Origin: an uncultured Verrucomicrobiae bacterium
GTDB lineage: Bacteria; Verrucomicrobiota; Verrucomicrobiia; Palsa-1439
Direction: 5' to 3'
Assembly (NCBI GenBank): GCA_963812605.1
Contig: CAWEWF010000001.1
Location: 96,001-160,000, forward strand
DNA: 64,000 nt
Part shown: positions 1-10,320 of the stretch, in pieces
Layout: every line of letters starts with the position of its first letter
How positions within the stretch are numbered: position 1 is the stretch's first letter
Made by a program: the position numbers and the translations under genes
The notes under the pieces: generated by a model
Databases searched by the model: none
What the model was told of the DNA's origin: nothing
What the model saw: the letters and a program-made list of their open reading frames with translations, nothing else

Positions 1-717
1 GCAAAGGCGCAACTCGCCGTCGATCAGGCCAAGGCCGAAGAAGAACGGGCCAACGTCGTCGCCACCGAAGCCGACGCGACACGCGCGCAAGCCGACTTGA
101 AGCGCTACCAGGCGGTTGAGAGCCGGGCGGTTTCCCAGAGTCAAGTCGACCTGGCGATTGCGCAGGCCCGGAGCACGACCGCCCAGGTTGACGTGGCACG
201 CAGCAGAGAACAGGCCGCCGAGGCGCAAGCCGGCCTGAGTAAAGTCAGCATCGAAACTGCCGCGGCCGATGTCGCGCAAAACGAGGCCCTCCTGCGCCAG
301 GCGGAACTCGATCTGTCCTATACCCAGGTCGCTGCCCCGGAAGATGGACGGGTGACCCACCGCTCTGTCGAGGCCGGCAACTACGTGCAGGTCGGCCAGG
401 CGTTGCTCGCAATTGTGCCGCGCAATGTGTGGATCACCGCGAATTTCAAGGAAACGCAACTCGCCCACATGCAACCCGGCCAACCAGTCTCGGTGAAAGT
501 GGACGCCTATCCGCAAAAAAAATTCAAAGCGCACGTGGACAGCATCCAGGCGGGCACGGGAGCGCAATTCAGCCTGCTGCCGCCGGAAAACGCGGCGGGC
601 AATTACGTGAAGGTCGTGCAGCGCGTGCCAGTCAAGATCGTGTTCGATGAAATCCCGGACGCCACGATCGTCCTGCCCCTGGGCGCGTCCGTGGTACCGG
701 AGGTGAGAGTGAAGTGA
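1..717 (+). CDS. EmrA/HlyD-family membrane fusion protein (5' part outside window)
   Basis: Frame is open from base 1; motifs VWITANFKET and FSLLPPENAAGNYVKVVQRVPV are typical of EmrA; its stop overlaps the MFS start. Confidence 0.93.
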   Translation, partial: AKAQLAVDQAKAEEERANVVATEADATRAQADLKRYQAVESRAVSQSQVDLAIAQARSTTAQVDVARSREQAAEAQAGLSKVSIETAAADVAQNEALLRQAELDLSYTQVAAPEDGRVTHRSVEAGNYVQVGQALLAIVPRNVWITANFKETQLAHMQPGQPVSVKVDAYPQKKFKAHVDSIQAGTGAQFSLLPPENAAGNYVKVVQRVPVKIVFDEIPDATIVLPLGASVVPEVRVK

Positions 718-2303
718 GCGACGCGCCTCCCGTCAACCAGAACGAGGCGCTGTGGCAGCAGCCGCACAGCCCGTGGCTCATCGCCGTCGTGGTGACGATG
801 GCCACGTTCATGGAGGTGCTGGACACCAGCGTGGCCAACGTCGCCCTGCCGCACATCGCGGGAAATCTGGCAGCGGGAGTCGACGAAAGCACCTGGGTGC
901 TGACTTCCTACCTCGTGTCGAATGCCGTGGTGTTGCCAGTAAGCGGCTGGATTTCCGGAAGGGTCGGGCGCAAGCGCTTCTATATGAGCTGCGTGGCATT
1001 ATTCACCATCAGCTCGTTGTTGTGCGGCTTGGCGCCTAGCCTCGGTTGGTTGGTGTTCTTCCGTGTGTTGCAGGGTGCCGGCGGCGGTGGGCTGCAGCCG
1101 AGTGAACAGGCAATCCTGGCGGACACGTTTAAACCAGCCCAACGCGGAATGGGGTTCGCCGTCTACGGCCTGGCCGTCGTCGCCGCACCGGCATTGGGAC
1201 CGACCTTGGGCGGCTGGATCACGGACAATTTTACCTGGCGCTGGGTTTTCTTTATCAACGTGCCGGTCGGCATCCTTTCACTGCTGCTGACCTCGCGCCT
1301 GATTTCCGATCCGCCGTATCTGAAGAAACAGAATCGCGCCGGCGCAAAGATTGACTTCCTGGGATTCGGGTTGATTGCGCTGGGACTGGGATCGCTGCAA
1401 ATCGTGCTCGACAAAGGCCAGCGCGCGGATTGGTTCGAGGCTCCCTACATTCGCGTGTTGACCTTCACCTTTGTTGCCGCACTGATTCTGGCGGTCGTTA
1501 GGGAACTGCGGGTGAAGGACCCGGTCGTGGACCTGCGGTTATTCAAGGACCGCACTTTCATGACCGCCAACGTCATGCTGTTCGTGTTTGGATTCGTATT
1601 GTACTCCAGCACGGTGCTGCTCCCGCAGTACAGCCAGGAACTCATGGGCTACACCGCGCAACTAGCCGGGATGATGATTTCACCGGGTGGTGTCGCCATC
1701 ATGCTCTTAATGCCGCTGATTGGGTTTCTCATCTCCCATTACGATGCGCGCAAGCTCATCGCCTTCGGTTTCCTGATCATCGGGGTCGCCACGCTTCGGA
1801 TGATGCGGTTCAACCTGGGAGTCGATTTTCGGACGATGATGTGGGCGCGCGTGTTCCAGGCGTCCGGTATCGCGTTCCTCTTCGTGCCGATCAACACCGC
1901 GGCGTACGCCTACCTGCCGCGCGAGAAGAGCAATGCGGCGTCTGGCTTGATCAATCTGTCGCGCAACATCGGCGCCAGCGTGGGCATCTCGTTTGTCACC
2001 ACCATGCTGGCGCGGCGCGCGCAATTCCATCAATCGGTGCTCATCACGCACCTGTCCGACTACAACGGGCATTTCCTGAATACGGTGCAGACATTGACGC
2101 ATCACTTCACCGCCCTGGGTGCCGATGCGGTGACTGCCAGCCGGCAAGCCTACGGCGCGGTCGGAGCAATGATGACACAGCAATCGACCCTGCTGGCATA
2201 CATTGACAACTTCTGGTTGTTGGGAATCTCCGCGCTCGCGTTGGTTCCCGTTGCGTTTATCATGAAGAAGGCGAAGCCCGGAGGGCCCGTCGCGGTGCAC
2301 TAA
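714..2303 (+). CDS. DHA2-family (EmrB/QacA) MFS efflux permease
   Basis: 529 aa, many TM segments; FMEVLDTSVANVALP, RVLQGAGGG, APALGPTLGGWITD, WRWVFFINVPVG. Confidence 0.95.
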   Translation: MSDAPPVNQNEALWQQPHSPWLIAVVVTMATFMEVLDTSVANVALPHIAGNLAAGVDESTWVLTSYLVSNAVVLPVSGWISGRVGRKRFYMSCVALFTISSLLCGLAPSLGWLVFFRVLQGAGGGGLQPSEQAILADTFKPAQRGMGFAVYGLAVVAAPALGPTLGGWITDNFTWRWVFFINVPVGILSLLLTSRLISDPPYLKKQNRAGAKIDFLGFGLIALGLGSLQIVLDKGQRADWFEAPYIRVLTFTFVAALILAVVRELRVKDPVVDLRLFKDRTFMTANVMLFVFGFVLYSSTVLLPQYSQELMGYTAQLAGMMISPGGVAIMLLMPLIGFLISHYDARKLIAFGFLIIGVATLRMMRFNLGVDFRTMMWARVFQASGIAFLFVPINTAAYAYLPREKSNAASGLINLSRNIGASVGISFVTTMLARRAQFHQSVLITHLSDYNGHFLNTVQTLTHHFTALGADAVTASRQAYGAVGAMMTQQSTLLAYIDNFWLLGISALALVPVAFIMKKAKPGGPVAVH

Positions 2304-2305
2304 TC

Positions 2306-2939
2306 ATGATCAAGATCATCGCCATTGAACGCGAATTCGGCTGCGACGCCACTACGATTGCGGAAACGCTCGGCAAACGCCTGGGTTGGAAGGTGCTCGA
2401 CCAGTCGTTGACCGAGGAGGTCGCCCGCATCGCCCAGGTCTCGCAAGGGGTCGTCGAGCAACGCGAGGGATGTATGGATCCCCCGTTGTACAGACTCCTC
2501 AAGGTTTTCCGTTGCGGCAGCTATCAGAGGGCTCTTCCAGTAAGAGGGCAAGAGGTCCTCGACGCGGAGCGCATGCTCGAACTGGTGCAAAAGGTCGTCG
2601 AAGAAGCGGCAGCCACGGGCAACTGCGTCATCGTGGGGCGCGGATCGGCCTTTTTTCTGCGCGCAGCGAACGGACACGCTCCGGGTATTTTTATTTGCGT
2701 CGCGCGAGTTCAAACTTCGCTTCCTGCAGGAACAGACCAAGAACGAAGCCAAGGCCAACGAATTGGTCGATTCGGTTGACCGCAACCGCCGGGCGTTTGT
2801 GAAACACTACTTTGGCGTGGACTGGCCGTACCGCCCCGCGTATCACGCCATGCTCAACAGCGCGCTCGGCGACGACTTTGTCCTCGCCACGATCCAGAAC
2901 CTGATGGATGCGCTCAACAAAAAGGGCGCGTCGGCATGA
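2306..2939 (+). CDS. Cytidylate kinase-like family protein (frameshift near 2663)
   Basis: N-part IAIEREFGC...GNCVIVGRG; another frame continues RTDTLRVFLFAS...VDRNRRAFVKHYFGVDW...YHAMLNS to TGA 2937-2939, which overlaps the next ATG. Confidence 0.75.
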
Positions 2940-4421
2940 AAACCAGGACTGTTTTCCTTGTTCGCATTGGCCGCGGTGGCCATGGCGGGCTGTGCCGTCG
3001 GGCCCGATTATCATCCGCCGAAAACCCAGGCGCCCGCCAACTGGAGCGAAGCCCAACTCGGCGGCACGACCAACATCGTCATGCCCATCGTCGCGTGGTG
3101 GAAGACGTTCAATGATCCCGAACTCAACTCGCTCATCGAACGCGCGGTGGCCACCAACCATGATCTGCGCATCGCGGATGGCCGGTTGCGGCAGGCGCGC
3201 GCGCTGCGTTCGGGTGTGGCCGCGGACCTCGGCCCGGTGATCAACGGCTCGGCCGGCTACACGGACGCGCGGCAATCCCGGAATTCCATTCCCTTCAATA
3301 CCTCGGGTCCCGGCGGCGCCGCCATCAGCAGCAATTATCTTTTCCACACCGACCTCTACGATGCGCACTTCGATGCGAGCTGGGAGATCGATGTGTTTGG
3401 CGGCAAACGCCGCGCGCTGCAGCAGGCCAACGCCCTCGTCGCTTCCGTCGAGGAGGATCGTCGCGATGTGTTGGTGAGCGTTCTCGCGGAGGTCGCCCGC
3501 AATTACATCGAAGTCCGCAACTTCCAGCAGCGGCTGGCCATCACGCAGAAGAATATCAAAGCGCAACGGGATGCCGTGGACATCGCCCGCTCCCGGTTCA
3601 ACGCGGGTCTTAGCAGCGAACTCGATGCGAAGCAGGCCGAGGCGGTGCTGGCGACGACCCAGGCCCAGGTTCCCGTTCTCGAAACCTCGCTCAAGCAGGG
3701 CATGCATCGGCTCGGTGTGCTGATCGGCCAGGAACCGGGCGCGCTGCTCGTGGAATTGTCCCAGGCAGCGCCCGTTCCCGCGCCGCCGCCGGAGGTGGCT
3801 GTGGGTCTGCCCTCCGATTTGCTGCGCCGACGGCCGGATGTGCGCCGCGCGGAACGCCAGTTGGCGGCGGACACCGCCAACATCGGCGTCCAGACGGCCG
3901 AGTTGTTCCCGAAATTCACGCTGACCGGCGTCGCCGGCTTCCAGAGCTTCGCGGTCAGCGATTGGTTTACCGGCGGCAGCAGGTACTGGTCGGCCGGGCC
4001 GACCGTGACGTGGCGCATTCTTGACCTGGGCCATGTCCGCAGCCAAATCCGGGCAGCGAATGCCCAGGCCCAGCAGTCCATGGTGGTCTACGAGAAGACG
4101 GTGCTGACATCCTGCGAGGATGCCGAGAACGCGCTGGTGGCTTACGCGAATGAGCAAGTGCGTTATCGCGCCCTGGGCGATGCCGTGGCCGCCAACCGCC
4201 AGGCGCTCGAATTCGCCAACGATCGTTACGCCAAGGGCCTCGCGGATTTCCTGAACGTGCTGGATGCCGAGCGCTCGTTATACCAAACCGAAGACCAACT
4301 CGCCGAAAGCCAGGGCACCGTCTCCGTCAATCTCGTGTCGCTCTACAAAGCCCTCGGCGGCGGCTGGACCGCCCTCGAACAGCGCGCCGACGCCTCATCA
4401 CGTGCCGATTCGCCGCGCTAA
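2936..4421 (+). CDS. Outer-membrane efflux lipoprotein (NodT/OprM-type OMF)
   Basis: Lipobox AMAGC, GPDY, SWEIDVFG, LLRRRPDVRRAE, LYKALGGGW; likely ATG at 2936 is out of frame with ORF 2958-4421, implying an indel near 2955. Confidence 0.92.
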
Positions 4422-4584
4422 GAATCAATTGAAATAAACCCCGCCAAAGACCTCACGAAATAACCACCCCGCAGCCGGCTCCTCCAATTCCTACAGCGCA
4501 GCGTCCGCAATCGCCGGACCCTTCGACCAACACCAACCAAAAAAAGAATAAAGAGGGGCTGTTGCTCAAATGACTTTTCCGGTT

Positions 4585-4609
4585 GTAGCCGCGCTTCTGT
4601 GAAGCGCGG
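4585..4609 (+). repeat. REP-like palindrome (GTAG plus 9-bp hairpin)
   Basis: GTAG-CCGCGCTTC-TGT-GAAGCGCGG in intergenic DNA. Confidence 0.5.
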
Positions 4610-4631
4610 GTCGTCCCAACATTCTTTCATG

Positions 4632-5084
4632 TCATTTCGAATGATTGGGCGGCGTCAGACCAAGCAGGCGAAGCGCATCCGGCTTAACCGCGATAATGAA
4701 AGTCTGATCTACACGGGCGTCATAGCCGTATTGTACTGCTATTCCCAAAACAGCAGCGTTGTAAACATTAAGCGGGTGACGCGACTCTTCTTTCTGGAAG
4801 GAATGCGTCGGCGGACCATACGTAGTATGAAACCATTCATTTAATTCAGAAAATACGTCCCCATAAATGTGGAATTGAAAACCATCAGGATCATGAGAGT
4901 AGCTCCATTTGCACCGCAATGTTGGAATCGGACGAATTATGGGCCCTTTGGCTCCGTAATCTTTCAAGGCCGATATCAAAGGGTCGTCAAGATCACGTAT
5001 ACGTGTTTTATCAGTGCCGCACCCCGAGATAAACAGGATTAGAATCCCCTTATAAAGTAATCGGGAGATGGGGTCAGGTCTCAT
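4632..5084 (-). CDS. Hypothetical lipoprotein, AT-richer than neighbours
   Basis: Signal-like LLYKGILILFISGC ending in a lipobox Cys; no recognised domain; start uncertain. Confidence 0.55.
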   Translation of the reverse strand: MRPDPISRLLYKGILILFISGCGTDKTRIRDLDDPLISALKDYGAKGPIIRPIPTLRCKWSYSHDPDGFQFHIYGDVFSELNEWFHTTYGPPTHSFQKEESRHPLNVYNAAVLGIAVQYGYDARVDQTFIIAVKPDALRLLGLTPPNHSK

Positions 5085-5274
5085 TATCACAACAATTCGG
5101 CGTTTAGTTTGTTCGTACCGAACTGCTCCCATTTTGAGCCGTTGCGCAATTTAGTTCAAGGTTGTAGTCGTTTCACTGCCAAATCGGGTCACTACCCGAA
5201 TCCGCCTCATCGAAAAGAAAAGATTGCAAAATGGCGTCCTGAAAATTATCGTCACGGTCAAGGGCAGGGAGGTT

Positions 5275-5769
5275 ATGTTGAAGATTGCAGTCTACCCGGG
5301 CAGTTTCGATCCCATCACCAACGGACATCTCGACATCATCCGCCGTGCTGCCCAGATGTTCGACCGGGTGATCGTTGCCGTGGCGATCAATGCGGAGAAA
5401 ACACCCCTCTTCAGCGTCCAGGAGCGCGTCGTGCTGGCGCGGGGTGCGGTCAAGGGATTCAAGAACGTCGTGGTGGACGAATTCGGCGGGCTGCTCGTGG
5501 CCTACGCGCGCCGCAAACGCGCCGCCGTTGTCGTCCGCGGTTTGCGGGCGGTTTCGGACTTTGAATTTGAATTCGCGCTGGCCCTGATGAACCGCAAACT
5601 GGATCCGGGCATCGAAACCATCTTCTTGATGACGAAGGACGAATACACCTTTATCAGTTCGCGGCAGGTAAAGGAAATCTGCCAGATGGGCGGGCATGTG
5701 AGCGATTTCGTGCCGCGCGGTGTCGAAAAGGCGATGAAGCGCAAATTTGGCTCGAAACGGTCGATTTGA
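5275..5769 (+). CDS. coaD: Phosphopantetheine adenylyltransferase
   Basis: YPGSFDPITNGH, RGLRAVSDFEFE, ISS motifs; GGAGG RBS before ATG 5275. Confidence 0.97.
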   Translation: MLKIAVYPGSFDPITNGHLDIIRRAAQMFDRVIVAVAINAEKTPLFSVQERVVLARGAVKGFKNVVVDEFGGLLVAYARRKRAAVVVRGLRAVSDFEFEFALALMNRKLDPGIETIFLMTKDEYTFISSRQVKEICQMGGHVSDFVPRGVEKAMKRKFGSKRSI

Positions 5770-5798
5770 TGATTGAGCGTTTCGAGCGGAAGGGAACC

Positions 5799-6263
5799 AT
5801 GAAAATTAACGTCAAACGCATTCCCGAGGACGGGGAGGCGCTGGTCGGTACCGACCCTCCTTCCATCATGGAATTGGATGAACCCGACATCCACTTTGAG
5901 CACGATGTAGAGTACGATTTACTGGCGCAACTACAAGGCAGTGCGGTACTTGTCACGGGCAAGGTCAGCACGCCGGCGACGCTGCGTTGCAGCCGCTGCC
6001 TGCGCGTTTTCGACCTGCCGGTGCGCGTGGAGCAGTTTGTCTATCACCAGGAACTGCAAGGCGAGGACTTCGTGGACTTGACGGCCAATATGCGCGAAGA
6101 TATTATCTTGGAACTTCCACAAAGGGCGTTGTGCACCGAGGATTGCAAGGGATTGTGCCCGCATTGTGGCAAGGATTTGAATAAGGGTCCGTGCCGCTGC
6201 CAGCATTCGGGAGGGGATCTGCGCTGGCATGCGCTGGACAACTTGAACTTGAAACTGAAGTAA
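5799..6263 (+). CDS. yceD: YceD/DUF177 protein
   Basis: CSRCL and CKGLCPHCG motifs; conserved position before rpmF. Confidence 0.9.
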   Translation: MKINVKRIPEDGEALVGTDPPSIMELDEPDIHFEHDVEYDLLAQLQGSAVLVTGKVSTPATLRCSRCLRVFDLPVRVEQFVYHQELQGEDFVDLTANMREDIILELPQRALCTEDCKGLCPHCGKDLNKGPCRCQHSGGDLRWHALDNLNLKLK

Positions 6264-6279
6264 CGGAGAACATTTTCCC

Positions 6280-6462
6280 ATGGGCGTCCCGAAACGTAGA
6301 ATGTCGAAGATGCGCCTGCGCACTCGCAAGGCGGCAAATCGTCCCAAGGCGCCGCAATTGTCGGTTTGCGCCCAGTGCGGCGCGCGGGTGCTACCGCACC
6401 GTGTCTGTCCGTCCTGCGGTTACTACAAGGGCCGGCAGGTCGTCTCTGTAACGGCCGCCTGA
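6280..6462 (+). CDS. rpmF: 50S ribosomal protein L32
   Basis: MGVPKRRMSK...CAQCG...PHRVCPSCGYYKG. Confidence 0.97.
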   Translation: MGVPKRRMSKMRLRTRKAANRPKAPQLSVCAQCGARVLPHRVCPSCGYYKGRQVVSVTAA

Positions 6463-6471
6463 TTCCCGGCG

Positions 6472-7521
6472 ATGAAACTAGCCATCGATGCGATGGGTGG
6501 GGACTTCGCCCCCCAGAACATCGTTGCCGGGGCGGTGGCCGCGCTGCGCGACAACAGCCGGATCACCAAACTTTACCTCGTGGGTGACGAACCCCGCGTC
6601 GAGGCGGAACTGCGCAAGCTCGGCGCTTCCGATAACCGCCTCGATCTTATCCACGCCAGCGAAGTGATCACCATGGACGACTCGCCCACGCAGGCCGTGC
6701 GGCGCAAAAAGGACAGCTCGATGTGCCGCGCGATCGATATCGTCAAGCGCGGGGACGCGGACGCGATTGTCTCGGCGGGCAACACCGGCGCGCTGCTGAC
6801 GGCGGCGCACCTGAAACTGCGCACGCTGGAAGGCGTCGAACGGCCGGGCCTGGCCGTGATCATTCCCGCGCCCAAGAATATTTTCGTGCTACTGGACGCC
6901 GGCGCCAACCTCGAGCCGCATCCGTCAATCCTCGTGCAATACGCGATCATGGGCAGCCTGTATTCGAAGCAGATCCTCGGATACAAACAGCCGCGCGTGG
7001 CGCTGCTTTCGATCGGCACCGAGGACATGAAGGGAAATGAATTGACGCTCGAAGCGCATCGCTTGCTCAAGCAGACGGACCTGAATTTTGTCGGCAACAT
7101 CGATGGCCATGACCTGTTCTCGAGCCGCGCCGACGTAATCGTGACCGACGCGTTCGTCGGCAACGCGGTCTTGAAGGCGTGCGAAAGCACCGCGCGATTG
7201 GTCGGTTACTGGCTGAAAGAGGAGCTCCAGAAAAACCCGCTGCGCATGCTCGGCGCGTTGCTCGCCGCCGGCGCGTTCAAGGCGCTCAGGCGCAAAGCCG
7301 ATCCCGACGAGTACGGCGGCGCCGTCCTGCTGGGCATCAACGGCATCTGCGTCAAGGCCCACGGCGCCAGTTCGCCGAACGCGGCCAAGAACGCCATCCG
7401 CGTGGCCACGGAGTTTATCGAATGCCAGTTTAACGAGCACCTCGTCGAGGAAACCCGAAAGTTCCATGACAAAGTCCAGCAAAACACATTTGCGCAACCC
7501 TCGATCCAGGCAGCGTCTTAG
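6472..7521 (+). CDS. plsX: Phosphate acyltransferase
   Basis: AIDAMGGDFAP, VSAGNTGA, LLDAGAN, KAHG. Confidence 0.97.
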   Translation: MKLAIDAMGGDFAPQNIVAGAVAALRDNSRITKLYLVGDEPRVEAELRKLGASDNRLDLIHASEVITMDDSPTQAVRRKKDSSMCRAIDIVKRGDADAIVSAGNTGALLTAAHLKLRTLEGVERPGLAVIIPAPKNIFVLLDAGANLEPHPSILVQYAIMGSLYSKQILGYKQPRVALLSIGTEDMKGNELTLEAHRLLKQTDLNFVGNIDGHDLFSSRADVIVTDAFVGNAVLKACESTARLVGYWLKEELQKNPLRMLGALLAAGAFKALRRKADPDEYGGAVLLGINGICVKAHGASSPNAAKNAIRVATEFIECQFNEHLVEETRKFHDKVQQNTFAQPSIQAAS

Positions 7522-8503
7522 GCCGGTGCACATCGTCGGCACGGGCTCGTACGTGCCGGACCGGGTGCTCACGAATGCCGACCTCGAGAAGCTGGTCGAC
7601 ACCACCGATGAGTGGATTGTGTCGCGCTCGGGCATCAAGGAGCGCCGCATCGCGGCCGACTGGCAATGCACGTCTGACCTGGCCGTGGAAGCCGCGCGTC
7701 GCGCGATGGATCAGGCCCACGTCCGCGAAGATGAAATCGATCTGATCATCTGCGCCACGATCACACCGGACATGCCGTTTCCCGCCACGGCGTGTCTTGT
7801 CCAACAGAAGCTCGGCGCGAAACGCGCGGCGGCGTTCGACATGGAAGCGGCCTGCTCGGGTTTTTTGTACGCGATGGAGATCGGCCAGCAATTCGTCACG
7901 TCGGGGACCTACGACACGGTGCTGATCATCGGCGCGGAAAAACTTTCTACGATTATTGACTGGGAGGACCGCAGCACGTGCGTGCTGTTTGGCGACGGCG
8001 CCGGCGCGGCGATTTTGCGCAGCCGCGGCGAGGAAGCCGGGCACGGCATCCTGACGACCTGCATGGGCGCGGACGGTTCGCAGGCGGATATTTTGTTGAT
8101 GCCCGCGGGCGGCGCGCGTTATCCCGCGTCGAAGGAATCGGTCAGCGGCCGAATGCACCACCTGAAAATGGCGGGCAAAGAGGTGTTCAAGAGCGCCGTC
8201 CTCGCGATGCAGACCGCCGCGGAAGAAGCGTTGCAGCGCTGCAACCTGACCATCGCCGATATCAAATGCGTCATCCCGCACCAGGCCAATATCCGCATCC
8301 TCGAAGCGATCGCCGACCGGATTGGCGTGCCGATGGAAAAGGTGTACGTCAACCTCCATCGCTACGGAAACGTGTCGGCTGCGTCCGTCGCCATCGCGCT
8401 GGACGAAGCCGCCCGCGAAGGCCGCTTCCAGCACGGCGACCTGATTCTGCTCATCGTTTTCGGCAGCGGCCTGACCTGGGCCTCGTGCGTCATCCAGTGG
8501 TAA
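7466..8503 (+). CDS. fabH: 3-oxoacyl-ACP synthase III
   Basis: AACSGF, FGDGAGA, PHQAN, YGN catalytic motifs. Confidence 0.97.
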   Translation: MTKSSKTHLRNPRSRQRLRPVHIVGTGSYVPDRVLTNADLEKLVDTTDEWIVSRSGIKERRIAADWQCTSDLAVEAARRAMDQAHVREDEIDLIICATITPDMPFPATACLVQQKLGAKRAAAFDMEAACSGFLYAMEIGQQFVTSGTYDTVLIIGAEKLSTIIDWEDRSTCVLFGDGAGAAILRSRGEEAGHGILTTCMGADGSQADILLMPAGGARYPASKESVSGRMHHLKMAGKEVFKSAVLAMQTAAEEALQRCNLTIADIKCVIPHQANIRILEAIADRIGVPMEKVYVNLHRYGNVSAASVAIALDEAAREGRFQHGDLILLIVFGSGLTWASCVIQW

Positions 8504-8526
8504 GCGCGGCAGCGCGGTAGGTTGCC

Positions 8527-8697
8527 ATGGGCCCAACGGTCACCAGCACCACCAATCCCGCCACCGGGGTAATCACCACCACCACCATCCTGCATCCGAA
8601 CCATTTTCATTATGGCTGGCTGCTTCTCGCGCTTCTCGCGCTGGCGCTGATCTGCTCGGGGCTGCGGGCGATCTTCTGGAACAAAAATTCGAATTAG
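8527..8697 (+). CDS. Small single-pass membrane protein, 56 aa (not in ORF track)
   Basis: MGPTVTSTTNPATGVITTTTILHPNHFHYGWLLLALLALALICSGLRAIFWNKNSN; ATG 23 nt after the fabH stop. Confidence 0.55.
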   Translation: MGPTVTSTTNPATGVITTTTILHPNHFHYGWLLLALLALALICSGLRAIFWNKNSN

Positions 8698-8791
8698 GAT
8701 TCCGGCGAAATCGCCCCCTCGTTGACACCGTGCCGGGTCGATGCTAGATTGCGGCGAACTTTTATTTGAGGCAATTGAGGTAATAATTATT

Positions 8792-9160
8792 ATGGGCGTG
8801 ACCAAGCGTGATATTTCGGGGATTTTCGATGCGGAACTGAAGAGCAAGCGTTCCCGCAAGGCCGCGGTTCTCGACAAGGTCTTTGACCTGACTCCCAAGG
8901 GCATTACGTTCCTGACCGATACGTTTATCAACGAATGGACGGAAGTTGGCGTGGAGATGCGTCTGCCCGGGCCGGTGACGGGCCGTGATCAACAAATCGA
9001 CATCGGCTGTCGTGGCGTCGTCGTGCAATGCGTGCGGCGCGAACAGGGCAAGGGGTTCAAGGTGGTGCTGTTGTTCCTCGACCTGCCCAAGCGCGCGCAA
9101 GCCCAGCTGGCCGTCGCTCCCTCCGCTGTTGCTCCCCTCAGCATCTCGATCTCCCGCTGA
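8792..9160 (+). CDS. PilZ-like domain protein
   Basis: DLTPKG (DxSxxG-like) followed by beta-rich CRGVVVQC...FKVVLLF; co-oriented with pilT. Confidence 0.55.
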   Translation: MGVTKRDISGIFDAELKSKRSRKAAVLDKVFDLTPKGITFLTDTFINEWTEVGVEMRLPGPVTGRDQQIDIGCRGVVVQCVRREQGKGFKVVLLFLDLPKRAQAQLAVAPSAVAPLSISISR

Positions 9161-9164
9161 CCGC

Positions 9165-10259
9165 ATGGAATACCTGCACAGTCTGCTGAAGTTCGCCATC
9201 AACATGTCGGCTTCAGACATCCATGTAAAACCCGGCCATCACGCCACCATCCGCATCTCGGGCGAACTCTTTCCCGTGCAGGTCGATCCACCCTCGGCGG
9301 AACAGGTCGAGGAAATCGTCCGCCACATGCTGCCGAAACATCTCGAGTCCCGCCTGGATCGCGAGAAGGAAGCTGATTTTTCCTACATCGACCCTGCGCT
9401 CGGCCGTTTCCGCGTCAACGTCTTCTACCAGCGCGGCCTGCCCGCCTTCGTGATGCGCTACGTCAAAACCAGCGTGCCGACCTTCAAGGACCTGAACCTG
9501 CCGGAAACCTTGGGCAAAATCGCCAGCTCCGAGCGCGGCATCATCCTGATCACGGGCCCCACGGGCAGCGGCAAATCCAGCACGCTGGCCGCGATGGTCC
9601 AGTACATCAACGAAACCGAGAAATGCCACATCATCACGCTCGAAGACCCGATCGAGTACATGTTCGACGACAAACAATCGGTCATCGAACAGCGCGAAGT
9701 CGGCCTCGATACGCTCAGCTTCGAACGCGCCCTCGTTCACGTCATGCGCCAGGATCCCGATGTCATCGTCATCGGCGAAATGCGCGACAGCCAGTCGTTC
9801 ATGGCCGCCCTCGCCGCCGCGGACACGGGCCATCTGGTGCTGGCCACGCTGCACACGACCACCGCGTACTCCGCCATCGGCCGCACCCTCGATTTCTTCC
9901 CCGCGCACGAACGCGACCAGATTCGCCGCCAGATGGCGTCCACCCTGCGCGCCGTCGTCTGCCAGCGCCTCGTTCCCGCGACCTCCGGCAGCGTCGTCCC
10001 CGCCGTCGAGATCATGCTCAACACCGGCACCGTCCGCAAATTCATCGAGGAAAACCGCCTCGACAAACTTTTCGCCGCCATCGAAACCGGCACCGACGAA
10101 GGCATGCAGACCTTCAACCAGGCGCTCTTCAAGCTCGTGAAAGCCAAACAGATTTCCGAAGAAGAAGCTCTCATCAAAGCCACCAACCCCGAAGCCCTCA
10201 AGATGAACTTCCGCGGCATCTTCCTCGACGAATCCCGCCGCATCCTCGCCAACTCGTAA
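9165..10259 (+). CDS. PilT/PilU-family type IV pilus ATPase
   Basis: ASDIH, GPTGSGKS, TLEDPIE, RQDPDVIVIGEMRD, TGHLVLATLH, GMQTFNQ. Confidence 0.93.
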   Translation: MEYLHSLLKFAINMSASDIHVKPGHHATIRISGELFPVQVDPPSAEQVEEIVRHMLPKHLESRLDREKEADFSYIDPALGRFRVNVFYQRGLPAFVMRYVKTSVPTFKDLNLPETLGKIASSERGIILITGPTGSGKSSTLAAMVQYINETEKCHIITLEDPIEYMFDDKQSVIEQREVGLDTLSFERALVHVMRQDPDVIVIGEMRDSQSFMAALAAADTGHLVLATLHTTTAYSAIGRTLDFFPAHERDQIRRQMASTLRAVVCQRLVPATSGSVVPAVEIMLNTGTVRKFIEENRLDKLFAAIETGTDEGMQTFNQALFKLVKAKQISEEEALIKATNPEALKMNFRGIFLDESRRILANS

Positions 10260-10320
10260 GTTTCGCTCCTTCCGCGTTAAACAGGCGTCCCGTCTGTAGT
10301 CGTATTCTGCCATAGTCCAA

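Noticed and set aside
2691-4157. Long antisense ORFs (also 9213-10355, 18316-19653, 35904-37118, 37201-38418)
   Set aside because: Shadow frames of well-supported genes in GC-rich DNA, with no recognisable motifs
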